Program-made: the position numbers and the translations under genes
Notes under the pieces: model-generated
Seen by the model: the letters and a program-made list of their open reading frames with translations, nothing else
What the model was told of the DNA's origin: nothing
Databases searched by the model: none
Part shown: positions 25,970 through 34,985 of the stretch, one piece after another
How positions within the stretch are numbered: position 1 is the stretch's first letter
Layout: the number at the start of each line of letters is the position of its first letter
From: Dehalococcoidales bacterium
Lineage (GTDB): Bacteria; Chloroflexota; Dehalococcoidia; Dehalococcoidales; UBA3254
Reading direction: 5' to 3'
Length of the DNA stretch: 44,762 bases
Assembly: GCA_034429955.1 (NCBI GenBank)
Contig: DAOUFH010000147.1
Location: 1-44,762, forward strand

Positions 25970-28198
25970 ATGGAAAAAGGCAGAAAAGTAGTAAAAACTA
26001 CAGCCTGGTCACCAGGATGCGGTTCCCACGGCGGCTGCGGCTTCAAATTGGAAGTCCAGAATGGGAAAATCGTCAAGGTGGAAGGCGACGAGTGTCATCC
26101 CTGGAACCAGGGAAGAGTCTGTCCCAAAGGACTGGCTCTGACACAGTATCTCTATCATCCCGATAGAATCCGTCATCCCATGAAGAGAGTGGGAGCCCGC
26201 GGTGAAAACAAATGGGAGCAAATCACCTGGGAAGAAGCTTTCGATATTTGTGAGAAAAGATTAAAAGAAATCCGCGACAAATACGGCGCCGAATCCGTAA
26301 TCTTCGGCCAGGGTACCGGACGCGATATCGGCGGCCCTATCACCTATTTGTGTTTTGCTTACGGCAGCCCCAACTGGGTACAGATCGGTCTGGCCGGACA
26401 TTCCTGCTATACCCCCAGATTGGGCGCCATGTTCGCCACCAACGGCGATTACACTATGGCTGACTGCTCCCAATTCCTGGAGAAGCGTTACAAAGATCCC
26501 CAGTGGCAGAGACCCAATGTCATCATCAACTGGGCTCAGAATCCGGTCAACGGCTGTTTTGACGGCTTCTTCGGTCACTGGATTGTGGACTGCATGAAAC
26601 GCGGTTCCAAACTGATCGTTATCGACCCCAGAGTAACCTGGCTGGCTTCCCGGGCCGAGATTCACCTGCAGAACAGACCCGGCACCGACGGAGCCATCGC
26701 CATGGGTATGCTGAACGTTATCATCAACGAAGGCCTGTATGACAAAGAGTTCGTAGACAAGTGGTGCTACGGCTTCGATAAACTGAAAGAAAGAGTCCAG
26801 GAGTATCCTCCGGAAAAAATGGCTGCAGCCGCCTGGATTAAGACTGAAGACCTGGTTAAAGCGGCCCGTCTTTATGCCAGGAGCACTCCTTCCGCTATTC
26901 ACTGGGGCGTTCCCATTGACGGCAATCCCCAGGGTTCTGTGGTAGCTCAGGCTATCGCCCAGCTCTGGTCCATCACCGGTAATGTCGATGTGCCCGGCGG
27001 CAATGTTATCGCCCGCGGCGCTTACGGCGTGACTACCTATCCTTTCAGTTCCAAGGAAATCAGTGACCTCTATGGTGAGGAACTGGTTAAAAAGATGAAT
27101 GAAAAGAGAATCGGCTGCGACCGCTATCCCATGGTCAAAGGTTTCCGTGGCTGGGGTCAGCCCGATGTTCTTCTGGAGCAGCTCAAGACCGGCCAACCGT
27201 ACAAGATTCACGGCGCCTGGATTCAGACTTCCAATCCTATCGGCGGACAGGCCGGTGATCCCAGAGCCCATTATGAAGCCATGAAAGACCTGGATTTCGT
27301 CGTGGTGGTTGATACCTTCCTCAATCCCACCAGCGTAGGTCTGGCTGATATCTTCCTGCCGGCGGCTGCTCTGGGTGAAAAAGAGAGCTTCCGCAACTGG
27401 TGGTGGCCTCTGACCTCCATAGCCAAAGCGGTTGATTCAGGCGATACCAAGAGCGACTGGGAAATCAACCTGGAAATGGCCAAGAGACTGGCGACCAAAC
27501 CCACTCAGTTTGAAACTGTTAAAGATTTGATTAACGATAGATTGAAACCGGCCGGCATCACCTATGATGAGCTGTGCAAACGCGGCAGCTGGATTTGTCC
27601 CAAAGACGGTCCGACCGTTCCCTATCGCCGCTATGAAAGAGGTCTGCTCAGAGCCGACGGTAAACCCGGTTTCAATACACCCACCGGCAAAATCGAGCTT
27701 TACTCCACCCGTTATGAAGACTGGCAGCTGGATCCCCTGCCTTACTTCCAGGAAGCTTCCGAAAGCCCGGTTTCAACGCCCGAATTATGGGAAAAATATC
27801 CGCTTATCTTTGCCAGCGGACGCCGCATGCCGGTCTTCTTCCATTCCGAACACCGCATGATTCCCTGGCTGAGGGAGATCGTTCCGGACCCGGTAATTGA
27901 AATTAATCCGCAGACTGCCCAAGAATACGGCATCGTAGACGGCGAATGGGTTATTGCTGAAAATAACCATGGCAGCGCTAAATTCAAAGCTCAGATTACT
28001 CCTACCGCTCATCCCAAGATCGTCTCAGTCGGTCACGGCTGGTGGATTCCGGAAGCCAAACCGGAAAATCCCGGCCTGTTCGATAACTGGGAACATAACT
28101 GTAACCAGCTGGTACCGATGGGCACCCAGAGTAAATCAGGTTTTGGCGGCGGCGCCTATAAGACCAGCCTTTGCCGTCTGGTAAAAATTAAAAATTAA
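25970..28198 (+). CDS. Cytoplasmic Mo/W-bis-PGD (DMSO reductase superfamily) catalytic subunit, acetylene-hydratase-like clade
   Basis: There is no twin-arginine signal. The N-terminal Cys set is C17-x5-C23...C42...C51. Long collinear stretches match Pelobacter acetylene hydratase as I recall it (GMLNVIINEGLYDKEFVDKWCYGFDKLKERVQEYP; PTGKIELYS...DPLPYF; EYPLI..). Confidence 0.85.
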   Translation: MEKGRKVVKTTAWSPGCGSHGGCGFKLEVQNGKIVKVEGDECHPWNQGRVCPKGLALTQYLYHPDRIRHPMKRVGARGENKWEQITWEEAFDICEKRLKEIRDKYGAESVIFGQGTGRDIGGPITYLCFAYGSPNWVQIGLAGHSCYTPRLGAMFATNGDYTMADCSQFLEKRYKDPQWQRPNVIINWAQNPVNGCFDGFFGHWIVDCMKRGSKLIVIDPRVTWLASRAEIHLQNRPGTDGAIAMGMLNVIINEGLYDKEFVDKWCYGFDKLKERVQEYPPEKMAAAAWIKTEDLVKAARLYARSTPSAIHWGVPIDGNPQGSVVAQAIAQLWSITGNVDVPGGNVIARGAYGVTTYPFSSKEISDLYGEELVKKMNEKRIGCDRYPMVKGFRGWGQPDVLLEQLKTGQPYKIHGAWIQTSNPIGGQAGDPRAHYEAMKDLDFVVVVDTFLNPTSVGLADIFLPAAALGEKESFRNWWWPLTSIAKAVDSGDTKSDWEINLEMAKRLATKPTQFETVKDLINDRLKPAGITYDELCKRGSWICPKDGPTVPYRRYERGLLRADGKPGFNTPTGKIELYSTRYEDWQLDPLPYFQEASESPVSTPELWEKYPLIFASGRRMPVFFHSEHRMIPWLREIVPDPVIEINPQTAQEYGIVDGEWVIAENNHGSAKFKAQITPTAHPKIVSVGHGWWIPEAKPENPGLFDNWEHNCNQLVPMGTQSKSGFGGGAYKTSLCRLVKIKN

Positions 28199-28211
28199 GG
28201 AAGGAAGCAAG

Positions 28212-28544
28212 ATGCCGAAGAAAGCATTACTGATAGATTACCAATTTTGCACCGGCTGCCATTCCTGTGAGGTAGCCTGCAAGCAGGAGCACGGATATCC
28301 GGTCGGCAAGGGCGGCATTCATATGAATGAAATCATTACCACCCTGCCTGACGAGAGACTGCGGATCGACTATATTCCCTTCCCTACCGCGTATTGTGAC
28401 CTGTGCGCCGCCCGTACTCGCAAAGGCGAGCAGCCGGCCTGTGTCAAACATTGTCAGGCCCAGGTGATGGAATACGGTCTGGTGACCGACCTGGCTAAAA
28501 AGATGGACAAGAAATCGCACTGTGTAATGTTCACGCCCAGATAG
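28212..28544 (+). CDS. Small 4Fe-4S ferredoxin-type subunit (two cluster motifs)
   Basis: CTGCHSCEVAC plus CDLC...C...C. The gene starts 13 nt after the catalytic subunit stop. Confidence 0.8.
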   Translation: MPKKALLIDYQFCTGCHSCEVACKQEHGYPVGKGGIHMNEIITTLPDERLRIDYIPFPTAYCDLCAARTRKGEQPACVKHCQAQVMEYGLVTDLAKKMDKKSHCVMFTPR

Positions 28545-28581
28545 GGGTAAGAGTGAGTTTTAAGTTATAAGTTTAAAAGTG

Positions 28582-28616
28582 AGCAGGGAGCAATTATAAT
28601 TGCTCCCTGCTTTTTA
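28582..28616. terminator. Terminator after the Mo-enzyme operon
   Basis: agcagggagcaatt-at-aattgctccctgct followed by tttttat. Confidence 0.8.
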
Positions 28617-28629
28617 TAGCCTTACCTGA

Positions 28630-29541
28630 CTATTTGATGTTAATCTGGCGGACCGGCCGGGCTTCGATATAGCCGCGGTAGCCCATGGGGGCCAACTGGA
28701 AGCGCGGTCCGTCTTCATCGGCCCATTCGAAACCGTAGATACGCGGGTCGTACTTCTTCATCACTTCCCATAAATCCGAAATGGCCTGTTCGAATTTGGC
28801 GTCGTCATAAGGCTGTCCCTGGAAGACCATCATCTTGCAGGCCGGCAGGGTGATCAGGGTATAACCTTCCGGCACGGGGCCGTTATAATCTACAGGCATC
28901 TCTACTCCCTGGGCATAGCTCGATGTCCCGGGTTCCACCATATTCGGGGGCAGCCACATGCCGATGGGCTCATAGAGAGCGTCTTTAATCCGGCTGAGCT
29001 CATCCCAGACCTCGCAGCCGACTTCTTCGCAGTATTCAAAGTAATGAGTGGCCTTTTGGCCTCTTTTCAGAATTAGTTTACGCTGTGGCCGGTCTACCAC
29101 CTGGACAAAAACTGTATTGGTATTTGATTTCTGTGTCATTTCAAATTCTCCTTTTTGTTGCTTGAGGTAGTACCTGGAAGCCGGGACCGGCTGGAAGAGG
29201 CTGATAGCCGGCTGCTCTTTCAGGTAGCGGTAGGGACTGATGCCGAACTGGCGAGAGAAAGCCCTGGTAAAGCCTTCGTGCGATTCAAAGACGAAGTCGA
29301 AAGCTACGTCCACTACCCGGGTATACCCAGCTCGCAGCTTCAACGCTGCTCTGGTTAGCCTCAAAGTCCGGATGTATTCGAACGGGGTTTTACCGGTGAA
29401 CTCTTTAAATATCCTGGCAGCGTGCCAGGGAGAGTATCCGGCTGCTTGCGCAAGCATATACAGGCTGATTGGTTCAGTCAGATGCTTTTCGATGCAGTCC
29501 TGCATGCGTTGGACTGCCATAATTGTTTCCCAGCTTTCCAT
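28630..29541 (-). CDS. AraC/XylS-family regulator with a C-terminal GyrI-like effector-binding domain (Rob-like)
   Basis: The N-terminal double HTH is ..LAQAAGYSPWHAARIFKEFTGKTPFEYIRTLRL...GFESHEGFTRAFSRQFGISP... It is followed by a domain of about 170 aa. Confidence 0.85.
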   Translation of the reverse strand: MESWETIMAVQRMQDCIEKHLTEPISLYMLAQAAGYSPWHAARIFKEFTGKTPFEYIRTLRLTRAALKLRAGYTRVVDVAFDFVFESHEGFTRAFSRQFGISPYRYLKEQPAISLFQPVPASRYYLKQQKGEFEMTQKSNTNTVFVQVVDRPQRKLILKRGQKATHYFEYCEEVGCEVWDELSRIKDALYEPIGMWLPPNMVEPGTSSYAQGVEMPVDYNGPVPEGYTLITLPACKMMVFQGQPYDDAKFEQAISDLWEVMKKYDPRIYGFEWADEDGPRFQLAPMGYRGYIEARPVRQINIK

Positions 29542-29665
29542 AGGTATTTCCTCGTATTGTAAAGTATAGCATTAGGCCGGACGGGAAAACTTGACCGCCT
29601 TTGCTGTTTCCGGCAGCCACTGCCGGTCGGTAATCGGGCAACAGCTTAACCCGATTCAAAGCAAA

Positions 29666-29694
29666 TTGACCCTTCCCTGCAATTGGAATATAAT
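29666..29694 (+). promoter_or_regulatory. Consensus sigma-70 promoter upstream of purF (TTGACC-17-TATAAT)
   Basis: Read directly. It lies 42 nt upstream of the purF GTG. Confidence 0.55.
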
Positions 29695-29736
29695 TAATAT
29701 GTCACCTGAAATAGATTTAGTTACAGGCAGGTACAA

Positions 29737-31119
29737 GTGCACGAAGCTTGCGGCATCTTCGGAGTGTATGCCCCGGGTGAAGATGTAGCTCGTATCACCT
29801 TCTTCGCCTTGTTTGCTTTACAGCACCGTGGTCAGGAAAGCGCTGGAATAGCAACCTCCGATGGTAAAAAGATCACCAACTATGCCCGTATGGGTCTGGT
29901 ATCTCAGGTTTTCGATGAGGAAGCTCTGGGACAGCTCAACGGCAATATCGCCATAGGTCATAACCGCTACTCAACTACAGGTTCTTCCCGTGTTTGTAAC
30001 GCCCAGCCGATTGTAGTGGGACAGGGCGACGACATCATGGCTATCGCCCATAACGGCAATATTGTTAACTCCGCTCATTTATCCGACGAACTGGGAGAAA
30101 AGGGCTATACCTTTGACAGTTCGACGGATTCCGAAGTCATCGGCAAGCTTATTCACTCTGCTCCCGGCCAGGACTGGATCGAGAAAATCCGCTTTGCCAT
30201 GCACCGCATCAAAGGCGCCTACTGTCTGGTGATCATGACCAGAGACAAGCTGTTCGCCGTGCGCGACCCCATGGGTGTTCGTCCCCTGGTTCTGGGGCGG
30301 TTCAACGGTCACTGGGTGGTAGCCTCCGAGACCTGTGCCCTCGACCATATCGGTGCGCTTTTTGTCAGGGATATCGAACCCGGTGAGATCGTCATGATTG
30401 ATGCCGGAGGCGTCAAGAATACCCGGGTGATAATTGAAAAGAAGTCCACCTGCATTTTTGAATATATCTATTTTGCCCGTCCGGACAGCAATATCGACGG
30501 CCGGCTGGTCTACCAGACCCGTCTGGCTATGGGTGCGCAACTGGCTGAAGAGTATCCCGTAGAGGCTGATCTGGTGCTGGGTGTACCTGATTCAGCCACT
30601 ATTGCCGGAATAGGTTATGCTCAGGCTTCGGGTATTCCTCACGGTGAAGGTCTGGTCAAAAATCGTTACGTAGGCCGTACTTTTATTTCGCCCGACCAGC
30701 GCATGCGCGACCTGGGTGTCAAGATGAAATTCAATCCGCTGCCGGATATTCTGAAAGACAAACGGGTAGTGCTGGTGGACGACAGTATTGTGCGCGGCAC
30801 CACCACGCCCAAAGTTATTAATCTGCTGCGTAAAGCCGGAGCCAAAGAGGTGCATATGCGGGTTTGTGCTCCTCCGATTCGCTACCCCTGCTTCTTCGGG
30901 GTGGATATGGCTTCACGCTGGGAGCTGATTGCCGCTCAGAAGTCCATTGAAGAAGTCAGAAGATATATCGGAGCGGACTCTCTGGGTTTTATCAGCATCA
31001 AAGGCCTGGTCAAGGCCGTCAATCTGCCGGGTGATACTTTCTGCAAAGCCTGCTTTACCGGTGATTATCCTATCCCGGTGCAGCTTGAAATGGATAAACT
31101 GGCGCTGGAAAGTCATTAG
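29737..31119 (+). CDS. purF: Amidophosphoribosyltransferase
   Basis: N-terminal ..ACGIFGV.. (Ntn Cys), ..HNRYSTTG.., PRTase loop VVLVDDSIVRGTT and C-terminal Fe-S cysteines. Confidence 0.95.
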   Translation: MHEACGIFGVYAPGEDVARITFFALFALQHRGQESAGIATSDGKKITNYARMGLVSQVFDEEALGQLNGNIAIGHNRYSTTGSSRVCNAQPIVVGQGDDIMAIAHNGNIVNSAHLSDELGEKGYTFDSSTDSEVIGKLIHSAPGQDWIEKIRFAMHRIKGAYCLVIMTRDKLFAVRDPMGVRPLVLGRFNGHWVVASETCALDHIGALFVRDIEPGEIVMIDAGGVKNTRVIIEKKSTCIFEYIYFARPDSNIDGRLVYQTRLAMGAQLAEEYPVEADLVLGVPDSATIAGIGYAQASGIPHGEGLVKNRYVGRTFISPDQRMRDLGVKMKFNPLPDILKDKRVVLVDDSIVRGTTTPKVINLLRKAGAKEVHMRVCAPPIRYPCFFGVDMASRWELIAAQKSIEEVRRYIGADSLGFISIKGLVKAVNLPGDTFCKACFTGDYPIPVQLEMDKLALESH

Positions 31120-31234
31120 CAACCGACTGGCTTGCAGCCCGGCCAAGATCTTCGGCGGTATTCATCGGTCAAAAAGTCTGATAGCTGCCTGGTGTTTAAT
31201 TTGAACGCAGCGATTATTCCGGGAGACTTAAAAA

Positions 31235-32785
31235 ATGGCAAAACTACCTGAAATAGCCCAGGCGCTCATGAATCCTCAGATTTATCCTGACAAGACCTCG
31301 CGAGTCGAGTTGATGCAAACTCAGATGTCCTTTATCTTTATAACCGGTAAGTACGTCTATAAGCTTAAAAAACCGGTCAACCTGGGTTATCTGGACTACT
31401 CGACCATCGAAAAGCGTCGCTATTTCTGTAAACAGGAACTGGAACTGAATCGGCGGCTGTCTCCGGAAGCTTACCTGGGAGTGATACCCGTCACTGTCAA
31501 TAAAGATGAGTATACCCTGGGGGGCAAAGGTCAAATTGTGGACTATGCGGTCAAGATGCTTTATTTACCTCAGGAGTGTATGCTGAATGTCTTGCTGGAG
31601 CGGAATCAGGCTACGGAGGAGATGCTGGATAGAGTGGCCGCCAAAATGGCCGATTTTCACGCCAGAGCTGCCGCCACTTCTGAAATAGCCGCCTTCGGAC
31701 GGCCGGAAGCCGTTAAAATTAATACCGATGAAAATTTTGCCCAGACCGAAAAATATTTCAATTCCACCATTACGGCTGCCCAGTACCGTCAAATAAGGGA
31801 CTATACCAACGGCATACTGGAGGATAAAGCCGGTCTTTTTGAACAAAGAGCGGCCAGCGGACGTATCCGCGATTGTCACGGCGACCTGCATTCCCAGCAT
31901 GTCTGTTTTAACAAAGAGTTGACCATCTATGATTGCATAGAGTTCAATGACCGCTTCAGATATTGCGATGTGGCTTCCGAGATCGCTTTCCTGGCTATGG
32001 ACCTGGACCATTTCGGGCGGGCCGACCTGTCACATTCATTCGTGGAGAAGTATGTGCAGCTCAGCGGTGATAAGGGCCTTAACGAGCTGATCAAATTTTA
32101 TAAATGTTACCGGGCCTATGTGCGCGGTAAAGTGAGTAGTTTTAAATTTGATGATCCCTATATCTCCGATGAGGAGAGAAAACAGACCCGGGAGGCTGCC
32201 CGCAGCTATTTCGATCTGGCTCAATCTTATGTCTTGCGCAGACCTTTGCTTTTTGTGACAGTTGGTCTGACCGGCACCGGCAAGACTACGGTAGCCGGTG
32301 CGCTGGCCAGGAGATTGGGGTTAACGGTGCTCTCTTCGGATGTAATCCGCAAGAACCTGGCCGGAGTTCCTCTGACCGAACATCAGTACAGCGAGGTCGA
32401 TTCAGGGCTGTACAGTGCGGAAATGTCGCAGCGGACTTATGACAAAATGTTTGCAGAGGCTGAATTGCTGCTGGGACAAGGGCGTCACGTGATGCTGGAT
32501 GCCACTTTCTTGAAGTCGCAGGACCGCTTGAAGGCCCTGAAACTGGCGGAAAAATATCAGGCCGATTCGCGTATCGTAGAGACCTGCCTGGCTGAAGCCA
32601 GGGTCAAAGAGAGACTGGATCAGCGCACGCGGGGAAAGTCGGTTTCCGATGGACGCTGGGAGATCTATCTGCCGCAGAAACAAAAATTCGAACCGGTGGC
32701 AGAAGTTCCGGCGGAAAAGTATTTCAAAGTGGATACCGGCCTACCCCTTTTCGAGCAGATAAGCCGGATCAGCGAGTCGTTATAA
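31235..32785 (+). CDS. Bifunctional phosphotransferase (APH-like) / P-loop kinase (AAA_33-like) protein
   Basis: The N-terminal half has CHGDLHSQHVCF and ..DCIEFND... The C-terminal half has the Walker A GLTGTGKTT. Confidence 0.7.
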   Translation: MAKLPEIAQALMNPQIYPDKTSRVELMQTQMSFIFITGKYVYKLKKPVNLGYLDYSTIEKRRYFCKQELELNRRLSPEAYLGVIPVTVNKDEYTLGGKGQIVDYAVKMLYLPQECMLNVLLERNQATEEMLDRVAAKMADFHARAAATSEIAAFGRPEAVKINTDENFAQTEKYFNSTITAAQYRQIRDYTNGILEDKAGLFEQRAASGRIRDCHGDLHSQHVCFNKELTIYDCIEFNDRFRYCDVASEIAFLAMDLDHFGRADLSHSFVEKYVQLSGDKGLNELIKFYKCYRAYVRGKVSSFKFDDPYISDEERKQTREAARSYFDLAQSYVLRRPLLFVTVGLTGTGKTTVAGALARRLGLTVLSSDVIRKNLAGVPLTEHQYSEVDSGLYSAEMSQRTYDKMFAEAELLLGQGRHVMLDATFLKSQDRLKALKLAEKYQADSRIVETCLAEARVKERLDQRTRGKSVSDGRWEIYLPQKQKFEPVAEVPAEKYFKVDTGLPLFEQISRISESL

Positions 32786-32930
32786 ATATGCAATTCGAAA
32801 TAATAAAATCAAAATAAATGCTAATAGCCGAAATTCTAAAAAGCCGTCCAGCCGGAATGGATTCTTAGCTGTGAGATTCCTGAATCTCGACAGCTAAAGA
32901 CGAAGAACTAAAAAAGTCCTTCTCTCCCGC

Positions 32931-32980
32931 TGTCAGGCTGGAAGCCTCGATTGGCGAGGCTGAAGCATCCGGAGGTCGGG
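32931..32980 (+). repeat. Intergenic repeat, 'GAAGCATCCGG' module (reference copy)
   Basis: tgtcaggctggaagcctcgattggcgaggctgaagcatccggaggtcggg. It contains the hairpin gcctcg-attgg-cgaggc. Confidence 0.6.
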
Positions 32981-33076
32981 TGAACCTTGGAACCTATAAC
33001 TTGAATACCCTTCCCTTTTCCGGTAACATAAATCCGTTATTATTGAGATAGCCAAATAAACAGGAGGTAGTGCGGT

Positions 33077-33403
33077 ATGTCAGATAGTCCATTTATCAGT
33101 ATTATAGGGACCGCCTGTAAAGCTGAAGACGAAGATCGTTTTAACCGCTGGTATAACGAGGTACATGTTCCGTTGCTTATGAAGAACAGGCTGCTTAAAA
33201 AGGCCGTCCGTTATAAAGCTACTGCTGCCGATCCGGTCATGCCTACCTACCTGGCTGTATATGAGTACGACAGCGCAAAAGACTTTGAGACCTACAGCAA
33301 CAGCCCTGAATTCAAAGAGGCTATTGCCGAGATGGAGCAAAGCTGGGGAGATAATATAAAGATTGTTTCCCGCACCCAGTATAATATGCTGAAGCGCTGG
33401 TAG
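33077..33403 (+). CDS. Small dimeric alpha/beta-barrel-like protein (EthD/DUF4286-like), function unknown
   Basis: AGGAGG RBS. The family guess rests on size and the ..RFNRWYNEVHVP... pattern only. Confidence 0.4.
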   Translation: MSDSPFISIIGTACKAEDEDRFNRWYNEVHVPLLMKNRLLKKAVRYKATAADPVMPTYLAVYEYDSAKDFETYSNSPEFKEAIAEMEQSWGDNIKIVSRTQYNMLKRW

Positions 33404-33521
33404 TACGGGATTACGGCTGTCAGTCCGGCTGGAAGCAGCGACGGACGGGCGGCATTAACCCACCGAACGAGTACACGAACTTGATTTTAAGGGCGATTTA
33501 CCGTAAAATCAATAATGTCTT

Positions 33522-33597
33522 GGGCGCTTAGCTCAGCTGGTAGAGCACAGATCTGATAAGTCTGCGGTCAATGGTTCGATCCCATTAGCGCCCACCA
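33522..33597 (+). tRNA. tRNA-Ile (anticodon GAT), CCA encoded
   Basis: GGGCGCTTAGCTCAGCTGGTAGAGCACAGATCTGATAAGTCTGCGGTCAATGGTTCGATCCCATTAGCGCCCACCA folds as a cloverleaf. The anticodon loop is CTGATAA. Confidence 0.9.
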
Positions 33598-33604
33598 TTT
33601 CAGC
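33545..33604 (+). repeat. Direct repeat copy 1 (att-like; 3' two-thirds of tRNA-Ile plus 7 nt)
   Basis: 60 nt, identical to 34986-35045 except for 3 mismatches. All three mismatches fall in the T-arm of copy 2. Confidence 0.85.
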
Positions 33605-33860
33605 CCCTTTTCACAGCCGACTTCAGCTTCGATTTCCGCTATTAATTGCCAAATTATAATTATTAAGATTAACCTGAAACCTCAAAATTCCTTTTATTTT
33701 TGTCTCTTTTTACCTGATCCAATTTTTGAGGCATTATTAAAATTGCATGGTTGCACGGTAACCATGTAAAAAATATAATTTCACCAGTGAGAATATATGT
33801 AATTATTCTTAAGTGATGATTTTACTGCCTATTATTATCCTGGATGTACTAATCATTATT

Positions 33861-33905
33861 TTTGATGGTGTTGACGGGAATAATGTGTAATGTGACTATC
33901 ACTAG
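33861..33905 (+). pseudogene. Possible 3' remnant of a higB toxin gene
   Basis: Translation ..FDGVDGNNV*CDYH* resembles the HigB C-terminus (..F.F.dG.a..v.y.DYH) with an in-frame TAA. It ends 13 nt before the higA ATG. Confidence 0.3.
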
Positions 33906-33918
33906 GGAAGGAAAGAAT

Positions 33919-34206
33919 ATGTTGCCGGAAAATCGAGTGGCTGCCCATCCGGGTGAAATATTAAAAGAGGAATTTCTGAAGCCGGCTGGAATAACCCAGG
34001 TGACTTTTGCACAGCACATCGGAGTGCCCCTCCAAAGAGTGAATGAGATTATCCGGGGCAAACGCGGTATTACTCCGGAAACCGCCTGGCTTTTTTCTCA
34101 AGCACTCGGGACCACCCCGCAGTTCTGGATGAATTTACAAAACGCCTATGACTTGACCAGTAAGCGTCCGGAACGGATTGTTAGTCGTCTTATAAATGCC
34201 GGTTAA
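33919..34206 (+). CDS. higA: HigA-family antitoxin (Xre-type HTH)
   Basis: MLPENRVAAHPGEILKEEFLKPAGITQVTFAQHIGVPLQRVNEIIRGKRGITPETA is the classic HigA pattern. Confidence 0.85.
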   Translation: MLPENRVAAHPGEILKEEFLKPAGITQVTFAQHIGVPLQRVNEIIRGKRGITPETAWLFSQALGTTPQFWMNLQNAYDLTSKRPERIVSRLINAG

Positions 34207-34333
34207 TATTTGAATTTCGTAAAGATAAATTGAAAACCGGATACTGGCAATGGTTGAAACAGTAAAAATGTGAAAGCTGCGTTTGTTTTAATATATTGCT
34301 CAATATTGTTTGCAAAGAGGTGAATGTAAGCCT

Positions 34334-34966
34334 ATGAACGGTCCATCTCCTTTTGAAACACATCCCATGCAGGGGTTTCCCCAGGTCTGTTTTATTAAGA
34401 ACACTGTTTTTAATCCTCAAATCGTTATTGGTGACTATACCTATTACGATGATCCCGAAGATTCAGAACATTTTGAACGGAATGTTTTATATCTGTACCC
34501 ATTCCTGGGGGATAAGCTCATTATCGGTAAATTTTGCGCGATAGCTCGCAATGTAAAATTCATAATGAATGGGGCCAATCATAAACTAAATTGCATTTCT
34601 ACATATCCCTTCAGTATTTTCAGCAACGGCTGGGAAAAGGTGATACCCAGGAAAGAAGAGCTACCTTTCAAAGGTGATACTGTGATTGGAAATGATGTAT
34701 GGATTGGTTATGATTCGTTAATAATGCCGGGTGTAAAAATCGGGGATGGTGCTATCATCGCCGCGCGCTCCGTAGTGGTAAATGATATCGCTCCTTACAC
34801 TGTTGCAGGAGGTAACCCAGCCAGGGTCATTAGAATGCGTTTTCCGCCAGAAACAATAGAATTACTGCTTAAAATCAAATGGTGGGATTGGACTATTGAA
34901 AAAATAACCCGCAATTTGGAAATTATTACCTCCGCTGATGTACAAGCATTGCAAAAAGCCAAATAA
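34334..34966 (+). CDS. vat: Vat-family streptogramin A / xenobiotic O-acetyltransferase (hexapeptide repeat)
   Basis: ..KFIMNGANHKLNCISTYPF..FSNGWEK...KGDTVIGNDVWIGYDSLIMPGVKIGDGAIIAARSVVVNDIAPYTVAGGNPARVIRMRF...IKWWDW is collinear with Vat(D) as I recall it. ATG 34334 follows GAGGTG. Confidence 0.88.
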   Translation: MNGPSPFETHPMQGFPQVCFIKNTVFNPQIVIGDYTYYDDPEDSEHFERNVLYLYPFLGDKLIIGKFCAIARNVKFIMNGANHKLNCISTYPFSIFSNGWEKVIPRKEELPFKGDTVIGNDVWIGYDSLIMPGVKIGDGAIIAARSVVVNDIAPYTVAGGNPARVIRMRFPPETIELLLKIKWWDWTIEKITRNLEIITSADVQALQKAK

Positions 34967-34985
34967 CTGTTAAGCCGAACCTGGT

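Noticed and set aside
26261-27271. 336-aa minus-strand ORF inside the molybdopterin enzyme gene
   Set aside because: It is a shadow ORF. The plus-strand product is collinear with a known enzyme family over its whole length.
25970-28198. Calling the Mo/W enzyme a bona fide acetylene hydratase
   Set aside because: The similarity is family-level only. The Asp adjacent to the cluster Cys that AH requires is not evident, the Cys spacing differs, and a ferredoxin partner is present. Only an 'AH-like clade, substrate unknown' call is justified.
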